DNA of 64,000 bases from Gaiellaceae bacterium. Lineage in GTDB: Bacteria > Actinomycetota > Thermoleophilia > Gaiellales > Gaiellaceae. This document shows positions 52,992 through 61,152 of this stretch, in pieces (position 1 is the stretch's first letter; every line of letters begins with the position of its first letter). The stretch covers positions 2,283 to 66,282 of the forward strand of contig DASWDJ010000195.1 of assembly GCA_036395295.1 (NCBI GenBank). Reading direction: 5' to 3'. A program made the translations under genes and the position numbers. The notes below the pieces were generated by a model. That model was not told where the DNA came from, ran no database searches, and saw only the letters and a program-made list of their open reading frames with translations.

Positions 52992-53782
52992 CAGCCGGCC
53001 GCCCGCAGTCCGAGATAGGCCTCGATCACGCGCTCGTTCGTCGCCACCTCGTCGAAGGAGCCCTCTGCGATCTTCACGCCGTGGTCGAGGGCGACGACGC
53101 GGTCTGAGATGCCCGCGACGACGTGCATGTCGTGCTCGATGACCATCACGGTGTAACCGGCCTCGGTGCGCAGCCGGCCGATCAGCTCCGTCAGCTCGTG
53201 CGTCTCGGCCGGGTTCATCCCCGCCGCGGGCTCGTCGAGGAGGAGCAGACGCGGGTGCGCGCCCATCGCGCGGGCGATCTCGAGTCGCCGACGGTTGGCG
53301 TAAGAGAGCGAATACGCGGGTTGGTCGAGGCGGTAGCCGATGAGCCGCGGGCCGAAGAACGCCAGCTTCTCCTCGGCGAAGCGCGCGATCTCCCGCTCCT
53401 CCCGGCGGGCACGCGGCAGCCGCAGCACGGCTTCGATGGCGGTCGACCTGGTGTGGCCGTAGGCGGCGGCCATGACGTTCTCCTTGACGGTCATGTTCAG
53501 GAAGAGCCGGAGGGTCTGGAAGGTGCGCGCGATCCCGAGCCGGGTAATCTTGTGCGGCGGGAGCCCGGCGATGTTGTGCCCCTCGAATACGATCTCGCCC
53601 GCGTCGGGGGCGTAGATCCCGGTGACGAGGTTGAAGACCGTGGTCTTGCCGGCGCCGTTCGGCCCGATCAAGCTCACGATCTCGCCCTCGTCGACGTGCA
53701 GGTCGAGCCCGGCGACGACCTGCAGCCCGCCGAACGACTTCTCCAGGCCCTTCAGCTCGAAGAGGGGCCGCTTCTCGGGCAT
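52991..53782 (-). CDS. branched-chain amino acid-type ABC transporter ATP-binding protein (LivG-like)
   Basis: ATG at 53782 (ATGA overlap with the upstream permease gene). GPNGAGKTTVFN, YANRRRLEIARAM, LLLDEPAAGMNP. Confidence 0.85.
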   Translation of the reverse strand: MPEKRPLFELKGLEKSFGGLQVVAGLDLHVDEGEIVSLIGPNGAGKTTVFNLVTGIYAPDAGEIVFEGHNIAGLPPHKITRLGIARTFQTLRLFLNMTVKENVMAAAYGHTRSTAIEAVLRLPRARREEREIARFAEEKLAFFGPRLIGYRLDQPAYSLSYANRRRLEIARAMGAHPRLLLLDEPAAGMNPAETHELTELIGRLRTEAGYTVMVIEHDMHVVAGISDRVVALDHGVKIAEGSFDEVATNERVIEAYLGLRAAG

Positions 53783-55227
53783 CAGACGATCTCCACGCGG
53801 GGTGTGCCGAGCAGCCCCTGCGGACGCACGGTCATCAGGGCGACGAGCAACGAGCCGAAGAGGATCCAGCGCGCGACGGCAGGCTGCTCGACGAAGGCGT
53901 TCTCCCATACGATCGCGGCCTGGTAGACGGCTGGAACGAGCGCGACGGTCCGCGCCCAGCCGCGGAGCAGGGTCAGGATCAGGACTCCGGCAACGAGGGA
54001 GACGTACGCGATGTTGCCGAAGTTGCCGTGCCCGCTCGGGATCACAACCCAGTTGTCGATCACACCGGCGAGCCGGCCTCCTTCGACGACCGAGCCGCCG
54101 GTCCAGGACGGCGCGACCGCTTCGACGACGGCCTGGGTCGCGAGCCCGAGGGCGATCACTCCGCCGACGATCGCCCCTAGCAGCCACCGGCTGCGCACGC
54201 TCAGGACGAGCACGAGCAGCAGCACACCGTAGAAGAGGACGCGCGCGTTCGACTGCGGGTTCTCGGGTGCGAGGAACTGGAACGAGACGTTGATGACGAC
54301 TGCGCCGAGGACGACCCCCGTCAGGCTTCCGATCCCGCCGAGGATCACGATCGCGTAGATCGTGATCAGGAGCGGGACGTCGAAGTTTCCGCCGGTCACC
54401 GCCGTCAGTACGGACGCGAAGAAGCAGCCGGCGAGGCCGGCGATCCCGGCGCCGATGGCGAAGGCCATCAGCTTCAACCGGTTGACCGGGATCGACATCG
54501 CCGCGGCGGCCAGCGGGTCCTCGCGGAGGGCGCGCCAGGCGCGGCCCGTACGTGACTCGCTGAGGAAGTGCAACGCGGCCAGCGTTAGCACCACGACACC
54601 GAGCAGGAAGTAGAACTGCTGCGTCCTCGAGGTGAGCGTGTACCCGAAGAACTCGATGGGGTCGATATCGGCGAGCCCATTCGGGCCACCCGTCAGGCCC
54701 TTGCCGTGAACGGTCGGGTTCCCGACGTTGACGAAGACGACGAAGGCCTGGCCGAAGAAGAGGGTCACGATCGCCAGGTAGTCGCCGAGGAGGCGGCGCG
54801 ATGGAATGCCGAGGAGGAGGCCGAGCAGCGCAGTGGCGACGACGATGATCGGGATCGAAATCTCGGCCGGCCAGTGAATTCCGTACTGTTCCGAGGAGAG
54901 TTCGGCATAGAAGTACGCGCCGAAGCCGAAGAAGGCGATGTAGCCGAGATCGAGCAGCCCCGCATAGCCGACGACCACGTTCAGCCCGAGCCCCAGGAGA
55001 ACGTAGAGCAGCGTGAAGATCCCGTAGACGAAGAGGTCACCGCGGCCCATCCAGAGCGGGAGCGAGCCGGCAATCAGGGCGAAAAGCGCGAGCCGCGCGG
55101 GCGGCGGCACGTAGCCCAACGCTCGGCGGGTGAGCCCCGCGAGGCCTGTGGGGCGCTCGATCCGCTCCTCGTGCTGCGCGACCCAGTCGTCGGTGCCCAC
55201 GCGCTGCTGATCAGGGAACTGCTCCAT
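53782..55227 (-). CDS. branched-chain amino acid-type ABC transporter permease (LivM-like, long form)
   Basis: 481 aa and multi-TM, translationally coupled on both sides. Confidence 0.8.
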   Translation of the reverse strand: MEQFPDQQRVGTDDWVAQHEERIERPTGLAGLTRRALGYVPPPARLALFALIAGSLPLWMGRGDLFVYGIFTLLYVLLGLGLNVVVGYAGLLDLGYIAFFGFGAYFYAELSSEQYGIHWPAEISIPIIVVATALLGLLLGIPSRRLLGDYLAIVTLFFGQAFVVFVNVGNPTVHGKGLTGGPNGLADIDPIEFFGYTLTSRTQQFYFLLGVVVLTLAALHFLSESRTGRAWRALREDPLAAAAMSIPVNRLKLMAFAIGAGIAGLAGCFFASVLTAVTGGNFDVPLLITIYAIVILGGIGSLTGVVLGAVVINVSFQFLAPENPQSNARVLFYGVLLLVLVLSVRSRWLLGAIVGGVIALGLATQAVVEAVAPSWTGGSVVEGGRLAGVIDNWVVIPSGHGNFGNIAYVSLVAGVLILTLLRGWARTVALVPAVYQAAIVWENAFVEQPAVARWILFGSLLVALMTVRPQGLLGTPRVEIV

Positions 55228-56201
55228 CAGACCTTCTGAATCGCCTTCGTACCGAGCAAGCCGCTCGGCCGGACGATGAGAACGAAGATGAGGATTCCGA
55301 ACACGATCAGATCGGCCCAGCGGCCGCCAACGTAGCCCGTGGCGAAGGCTTCCGTCAGGCCCACGAGCAGGCCGCCGAGCATCGCGCCGGGGATGCTGCC
55401 GATGCCGCCGACGACCGCGGCAGTGAAGCCCTTCAGGCCGGCGAGGAAGCCCATCAAGTGGAAGATCTGGCTGAAGAGGAGCCCGAACATGACGCCGGCC
55501 GCCCCCGCAAGCACGGAGCCGATGAAGAAGGTCGAGGCAATCACACGGTCGACGTCGATGCCCATCATCGCCGCCCCTTCGCGGTCGTACGCAGTCGCCC
55601 GCATCGCCTTGCCGATCCGTGTTCGCGCCACGACCAGGGTTAGCGTCACCATCAGCGCGAAGGTGATCAGCAGCACCGCGACCTGGATCCGCTGGACGTT
55701 GACGTCCGCGACCTTGAAGGCCGGCTTGAAGAGCGGCCCGAGCTGGAACTGCTCAGGGTGCGGCGAGCCGAGGACGAACGAGTTGTAGGAACGGAAGTCG
55801 GCCCCGAACAGGAGCAGCATGCTGTTCTCGAGGAAGAACGCGACGCCGAGCGCGCTGATCAGCGGCGCGATGCGCGGCGCCTCGCGCAGCGGACGGTAGG
55901 CGAAGCGCTCGATGACGACGCCGAGCAGGCCCGCTCCGAGCATCGCGGCGAGGAACATCAGGATGATCAGCGGCAGCAGCGCGATGTTCGGCGAGAGCGG
56001 GCCCCCGAAGGCGCTGAGCGTGCCGTAACCGATGAAGGCTCCGACCATGTAGACGTCGCCGTGGGCGAAGTTCAGCAGCTTGAGGATGCCGTAGACGAGT
56101 GAGTACCCGAGCGCGATCAGCGCGTACAGGCTTCCCAGCGTTAGGCCGTTGACCAGCAGCTGGACGAACAGGGTGGTGTCGATCGCGAGCGGAAGCTCCA
56201 C
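55227..56201 (-). CDS. branched-chain amino acid-type ABC transporter permease (LivH-like)
   Basis: 324 aa. Contains NGLTLGSLYALIALGYSLVYGILKLLNFAHGD. Confidence 0.85.
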   Translation of the reverse strand: MELPLAIDTTLFVQLLVNGLTLGSLYALIALGYSLVYGILKLLNFAHGDVYMVGAFIGYGTLSAFGGPLSPNIALLPLIILMFLAAMLGAGLLGVVIERFAYRPLREAPRIAPLISALGVAFFLENSMLLLFGADFRSYNSFVLGSPHPEQFQLGPLFKPAFKVADVNVQRIQVAVLLITFALMVTLTLVVARTRIGKAMRATAYDREGAAMMGIDVDRVIASTFFIGSVLAGAAGVMFGLLFSQIFHLMGFLAGLKGFTAAVVGGIGSIPGAMLGGLLVGLTEAFATGYVGGRWADLIVFGILIFVLIVRPSGLLGTKAIQKV

Positions 56202-56225
56202 GGGACCCGAAAGGTTCTCAGAACT

Positions 56226-56258
56226 GCATGCGGCCCATCGAGTGGATGGGCCGCATGC
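56226..56258 (-). promoter_or_regulatory. perfect 14-bp stem / 5-nt loop intercistronic hairpin between the binding-protein and permease genes
   Basis: GCATGCGGCCCATC-gagtg-GATGGGCCGCATGC sits in the 80-nt gap between 56282-57484 and 55227-56201. Confidence 0.6.
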
Positions 56259-56281
56259 CGTAGGTCACCTGCTGACTTCGA

Positions 56282-57484
56282 TCAGCCGATGCGCACGTAC
56301 TTGCCGTTCGGCTGGATCCGGTAGATGCCGAAGTCGGCCGGACGCTGCATGTCGCCGGGGCCGATCGGGAACTTGAGCTTCTGGGCGAACTTGACGGCGA
56401 AGCCGAGCAGCGACTGGGCGTCTGGGATCACCGTGGTGTTGATGTTGCGCCGCACCTCGGTGCGCGTCGCCGAGCCGTTCCGGCACGACTTGTCGATCGC
56501 CCGTCCGACGACCTGGGTCGCCACGTAGGTGGGCAGGCCGAAGAGATCACCCTGCCCCTTCCCCGGGCCGCTCTTGTACTTCGCGATGACCTTGCTCTTG
56601 AGGTCGATGGGGAAGAACGAGATCAACGAGCCCGGGATCTTGAAGTTATCCGGGTCGAAGAGCCCATCCGAGCCGAACAGCCTGGCGTTCTTGCCGGCGG
56701 CTCGGAGCTGCTGGCCGAAGAGCTGGGCCTTCGGGGCGAGCTGCCACGGGACGTAGACGACCTGCGTGTCGCCGGGAATGCGGGCGACGAGCGACGAGAA
56801 GTCGGTTGTATTCGCCTCACTCACCGACTCGCGCCGCACATTGAGGCCGGCGGCCCTCAAGATCCTCTCCACCGTGTCGGAGAGGCCCGTGCTGTAGCTG
56901 TTCTGAGCGTCCACGACGACGACACGATTTGCGTGCAGCTTCGTGCGAATCCAGCCTGCGACACGGGGACCTTGCTGGTCGTCGTTCGGCACGGTGCGGA
57001 AGAAGAAGCCCTTCCGCGTGCCGTCCGTCGTCAGGGTCGTGCGGGTGGCCGTACCCGAGATGTTCCCGAGCCCGCCAGCGCGCAGCGGTGCCGTCGAGAC
57101 TTGAACCTCCTGGCTCCCGGCCGGCCCGACGACCGCGAGGATCCGAGAATTCGACGCGAACCGCTCGGCAACCTGGATTGCCTGCGCCGTGTCCGGCAGC
57201 TGCGTGTCACCGACGACGAGCCGCAACTTCGTCCGGTGGGCTCGATTGAAGCGTGTCACATAGAACTGACCCCACTTTTGCATCTGCACGCCGAGCGAGG
57301 CGGCTGGGCCCGTAATCGGGGCTGCGAAGCCGATCGTCCGCGTTCTGCCGCACCTGAGCAGAGCCTGGTCGGCGGCACTGGGACCCGCCGTCGTTCTCGT
57401 GCGATTGGGGCTGTTGCCCCCGAACGCAGCCGCGGTTGCGGCGAGCGCGGCCACCAGGGCCGCGACTAGAAAGCCTTTCTTCAT
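56282..57484 (-). CDS. ABC transporter substrate-binding protein (type I periplasmic binding protein / LivK family)
   Basis: Sec signal MKKGFLVAALVAALAATAAAFG. 400 aa. First gene of the K-H-M-G-F operon. Confidence 0.8.
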   Translation of the reverse strand: MKKGFLVAALVAALAATAAAFGGNSPNRTRTTAGPSAADQALLRCGRTRTIGFAAPITGPAASLGVQMQKWGQFYVTRFNRAHRTKLRLVVGDTQLPDTAQAIQVAERFASNSRILAVVGPAGSQEVQVSTAPLRAGGLGNISGTATRTTLTTDGTRKGFFFRTVPNDDQQGPRVAGWIRTKLHANRVVVVDAQNSYSTGLSDTVERILRAAGLNVRRESVSEANTTDFSSLVARIPGDTQVVYVPWQLAPKAQLFGQQLRAAGKNARLFGSDGLFDPDNFKIPGSLISFFPIDLKSKVIAKYKSGPGKGQGDLFGLPTYVATQVVGRAIDKSCRNGSATRTEVRRNINTTVIPDAQSLLGFAVKFAQKLKFPIGPGDMQRPADFGIYRIQPNGKYVRIG

Positions 57485-57542
57485 CCTTTCCTCCCTCTCG
57501 GTTGTGTCCCTTTAGACGTACGGTCGGCTCAATTGGTTTTCC

Positions 57543-58247
57543 TTAGGCCCTACCGGCCGGGTCGCCTGCCGGGTGAAAAACCCCCAGCACTCGCATCGGT
57601 CCGGGGCCGTGGTTCTCCAGACAGTGCTCGACGAGCGGGGGTAGGTGGATGCACGAGCCCGGGCCGATGGACGTGCTGGTCCCGTCGAGGTGGAGCGTGC
57701 CCTCGCCCTCGACGACGTAGATCACCTCGTCGTAGACGTGGCCGTGATCCGGCGCCCGGCTGGGGTCGATCACTCCGAGAAACTGGGTCACGTCGTACGA
57801 GCCGACCTCCCGGTCGGCGAGGTAGCGGAAACGGCGTTCCTCCCCCGCGGGAAGCGTGGGCCGGTCGGCGTGGCGGACTGTGCGCTGTGACGGCGCGCGC
57901 GCCGATCCGTTCTCCTGCGGAAGGCTGACGGCGACGACGACGAGCTCGTCGGGCCCAGGGTTTTCGACCTCGTAGCTCTCGCCCGCTGCGACATAGGCAC
58001 CGGTGTCGGGCTCGAGGTCGTGCGCGTCGCCCTCCACGAGCAGCGTTCCCCGGCCGGCGGCGACGTAGAGGACCTGCTGGGCTCGGTCGAGCCTGCGCGC
58101 CTTCGAGCGGCCCGGGGCGAAGCGGATCACCCGCTGCTCCAGCCGCTCCGACCCGGAGCTCCTGTCGATCGTCACCCGCTCCGCGGCCGTGTCGCCGTCC
58201 GCTCGCAGCGGCTCGACGGCGTCCTCCGAGGTCACGAAACCCGGCAT
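57543..58247 (-). CDS. bicupin-domain protein
   Basis: Two cupin-like halves (..VLYVAAGRGTLLVEG.. and ..HGHVYDEVIYVVEGEGTLHLDG..). The start is the ATG at 58247 or at 58274. The long upstream part of the tracked ORF is antisense to the AKR gene. Confidence 0.65.
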   Translation of the reverse strand: MPGFVTSEDAVEPLRADGDTAAERVTIDRSSGSERLEQRVIRFAPGRSKARRLDRAQQVLYVAAGRGTLLVEGDAHDLEPDTGAYVAAGESYEVENPGPDELVVVAVSLPQENGSARAPSQRTVRHADRPTLPAGEERRFRYLADREVGSYDVTQFLGVIDPSRAPDHGHVYDEVIYVVEGEGTLHLDGTSTSIGPGSCIHLPPLVEHCLENHGPGPMRVLGVFHPAGDPAGRA

Positions 58248-58292
58248 GTGGCGATTCTCGCACTCTGCGAACATTTTGAGAGGATCGTGCGC

Positions 58293-59231
58293 ATGATCAC
58301 CCGGCCTCTGGGCGGGAGTGGCCTCGAGGTCTCGCGCCTCATCCTCGGCTGCGGCAACTTCGGCGGCATCGGCTCTGCGCCTCAGTTCTTCGGCCAGGGC
58401 GAGAGCGAAGAAGAGGCCCACCGCCTGATGGATGCCGCTTGGGCGCTCGGGATCACCGTCTTCGACACGGCCGATGCCTACGGGGGAGGTCGCAGCGAGA
58501 CCTGGATCGGCCGCTGGCGCGAGCGGACCGGGAACGACGTCGTCCTCAGCACGAAGGTGTTTCACTCCGTCGAAGGCGATCCGAGCGACCGCGGGCTCTC
58601 GCGCGAGCGCATCCTGCGGCAGATCGACGGCAGCCTCAGACGCCTGGGTGTCGAGCAGGTCGACATGTACCTGATTCACGAGCCCGATCCCGAGACTCCG
58701 CTCGAGGAGACGCTGGACGCGCTCGACGAGCTGGTGCGGGCCGGGAAGGTGCGCGCAATCGGAGCGAGCAACGTCGACCGGGCTTGGCTCGAACAGGCGG
58801 CCGGCCGCGTCCAGTGGGTGCAGAACTCGTACTCGCTGCTCGACCGCGAGTCGGACGACGTGCTCGCGTTCTGCGCGGAAGAGGGCCTCGGCTTCACGCC
58901 GTTCAGCCCGCTCGCCGGCGGATGGCTCGCGGGTAGGTACCGCCGGAGCGAGCCGCCTCCTCCCGGCTCCCGCATGACGACGCGGCCCGAGCCCTACCTG
59001 CACCTCGACGACGAGGCCGTCTACAGCGGCCTCGACCGCTTGGCGGTGGCTGCCTCCAAGCGCGACGTCGACATGGCGACGCTCGCCTTCGGCTGGCTGC
59101 TCGCCGATCCGCGCGTCACGGCGGTTGTCGTCGGCCCGCGCCGCCCGGAGCACCTCGAGCCGGCGCGCGCGGCCCTCGACCTCGAGCTCACCTCCGCCGA
59201 GCGCGATGAGCTAGCGTCGCTCTTTCCCTGA
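58293..59231 (+). CDS. aldo/keto reductase
   Basis: ATG at 58293 with GAGAGGA upstream. Contains LGGSGLEVSRLILGCGNFGG...FDTADAYGGGRSE...MYLIHEPD. Confidence 0.85.
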   Translation: MITRPLGGSGLEVSRLILGCGNFGGIGSAPQFFGQGESEEEAHRLMDAAWALGITVFDTADAYGGGRSETWIGRWRERTGNDVVLSTKVFHSVEGDPSDRGLSRERILRQIDGSLRRLGVEQVDMYLIHEPDPETPLEETLDALDELVRAGKVRAIGASNVDRAWLEQAAGRVQWVQNSYSLLDRESDDVLAFCAEEGLGFTPFSPLAGGWLAGRYRRSEPPPPGSRMTTRPEPYLHLDDEAVYSGLDRLAVAASKRDVDMATLAFGWLLADPRVTAVVVGPRRPEHLEPARAALDLELTSAERDELASLFP

Positions 59232-60199
59232 TGGCTGTTCTCGTGCTCAACCAGGCCGAGGTCGAGCGGCTGCTCGACATGGAGGGCTGCATCGAGGCGA
59301 TGGCGGACGCGCTCGCATCGCTCGCCCGCGGCGAGGTTCACGTGCCCCTCCGGTTCCTGGTCAACCCGGAGAACGAGCCGAGCCTGATCGGGCTGATGCC
59401 CGCCCACCGCGCCGGTGACACGCCGCTCTACTCGCTGAAGACGGTGTGCGTGTTCCCGGACAATCCGAAGCGGGGGCTGGATGCCCATCAGGGGACCGTG
59501 ACGCTTTTCGACGGTGAGACCGGCGAGGTACGCGCGCTGATGAACGCTTCGGCGATCACAGCCATCCGGACGGCGGCGGTCTCGGCCGTTGCCACGCGTC
59601 TGCTGGCTCGGGAAGATGCTCGCGAGCTCGGCGTGCTCGGCGCCGGGGTGCAGGCGCGGTCGCATCTCGAAGCGCTGCGGCTCGTGCGCGACTTCGAGCG
59701 CGTGCGCATCTTCAGTCCGACTGCAGAGCACGCGCGGTCACTTGCCGCGGAGGCCGGAGCGGAAGCCGTCGAGAGTGCGGAGGAGGCCGTGCGCGGCGCG
59801 GACGTCGTCGTGACGGCCACGAGCTCGGTCGAGCCGGTGCTGCAGCGGGACTGGCTGCAGGAAGGGGCGCACGTGAACGCCGTCGGCGGCCGGCCGCCCA
59901 TGATGCGGGAGCTCGACACGGCGACGATCGCCGGCTCGGCGTTCTTCGTCGACCGCCGCGAGTCTGCCGAAGCCGAGGCCTTCGACTACCGCGACGCGCT
60001 CGAGGCGGAGGCAATCGGCCCCGACCACATCAGGGCCGAGATCGGGGAGGTGCTCATCGGCGCCAAGCCGGGCCGGTCAGCTCCCAACGAGCTCACGGTC
60101 TTTCGATCGCTCGGTCTCGCCGTCGAGGACCTCGCTGCCGCCGAGTACGTCGTCCGCCGCGCGCGCGAGACGGGCGCCGGCACAGAGGTCGAGTTTTGA
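59231..60199 (+). CDS. ornithine cyclodeaminase / mu-crystallin family NAD(P)-dependent enzyme
   Basis: 322 aa. The N-terminus LNQAEVERLLDMEGCIEAMADAL and the Rossmann motif LGAGVQARSHLEAL are present. There is a 1-nt TGATG overlap with the AKR gene. Confidence 0.8.
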   Translation: MAVLVLNQAEVERLLDMEGCIEAMADALASLARGEVHVPLRFLVNPENEPSLIGLMPAHRAGDTPLYSLKTVCVFPDNPKRGLDAHQGTVTLFDGETGEVRALMNASAITAIRTAAVSAVATRLLAREDARELGVLGAGVQARSHLEALRLVRDFERVRIFSPTAEHARSLAAEAGAEAVESAEEAVRGADVVVTATSSVEPVLQRDWLQEGAHVNAVGGRPPMMRELDTATIAGSAFFVDRRESAEAEAFDYRDALEAEAIGPDHIRAEIGEVLIGAKPGRSAPNELTVFRSLGLAVEDLAAAEYVVRRARETGAGTEVEF

Positions 60200-61143
60200 T
60201 TCCGCTCGAGGACATCCGGAGCGCGCAGGAGACGCTGGCCGGGACCGCAATCCGTACGCCGCTCGTTCGCCTCCACGCGGGCGACGGCGCTGAGATCTAC
60301 CTGAAGCTCGAGAACCTGCAACCGATCGGCTCGTTCAAGATCCGGGGCGCCTACAACGCGGCGCGGCGGGCGCGCCCCGAAGAGGTCGCCGCGGGGCTCG
60401 TCACGGCGAGCGCAGGGAACATGGCTCAGGGAGTGGCGTGGGCCGCGCGGGAGCTTGGCGTGCCGTGCACCGTGATCGCCCCGGATCATGCGCCGGAGAC
60501 AAAGGTCGCGGCGATCGAGCGGTTGGGCGGCCGCGTGATCAAGGTCCCCTTCGACGAGTGGTGGGAGGCGATGGAGAACTACGGCTACAAGGGCGTCGAC
60601 GGCCTCTTCCTGCATCCGGTCGAGAACGAGGACGTCATGGCCGGGAACGGCACGATCGGCCTCGAGATCCTCGAGGATCTCCCTGACCCCGACGCCGTGC
60701 TCATTCCGTGGGGCGGAGGAGGGCTGACCGTCGGCATCGCCAGCGCCATGAAGGCGCAGCGGCCCAACGTGAAGATCTACGCGGTCGAGCAGGAGACCGC
60801 GGCGCCGCTCAACGCGACGCTCGAGGCCGGTTCGCCGCAGGAGATCGAGTATCGGCACTCGTTCATCGACGGAGCGGGAGCGCGGGCTCTGCTTCCGAAG
60901 ATGTGGGCGCTCGGTGAGCCCTTGCTCGACGGGGCCTACCGAGTGTCGCTCGACGAGACGGCTGCTGCGATCCGCATGCTCGCAGAACGGACACGGGTGA
61001 TCGCCGAGGGGGCAGGCGCCCTTGCACCGGCGGCCGCGCTCTCGGGGCGGGCGGGCGAGGGAAAGCTTGTTTGCGTTGTCTCAGGGGGCAACATCGACTT
61101 CTCCACGCTGAGCGTCATCCTCGCGGGCGAAACACCGAGCTGA
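60196..61143 (+). CDS. PLP-dependent threonine/serine dehydratase-family enzyme (fold type II)
   Basis: PLP-lysine motif SFKIRGAYNA and glycine loop PWGGGGLTVG. TTGA overlap with the upstream gene. Confidence 0.8.
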   Translation: MIPLEDIRSAQETLAGTAIRTPLVRLHAGDGAEIYLKLENLQPIGSFKIRGAYNAARRARPEEVAAGLVTASAGNMAQGVAWAARELGVPCTVIAPDHAPETKVAAIERLGGRVIKVPFDEWWEAMENYGYKGVDGLFLHPVENEDVMAGNGTIGLEILEDLPDPDAVLIPWGGGGLTVGIASAMKAQRPNVKIYAVEQETAAPLNATLEAGSPQEIEYRHSFIDGAGARALLPKMWALGEPLLDGAYRVSLDETAAAIRMLAERTRVIAEGAGALAPAAALSGRAGEGKLVCVVSGGNIDFSTLSVILAGETPS

Positions 61144-61152
61144 ACTCCGGCG

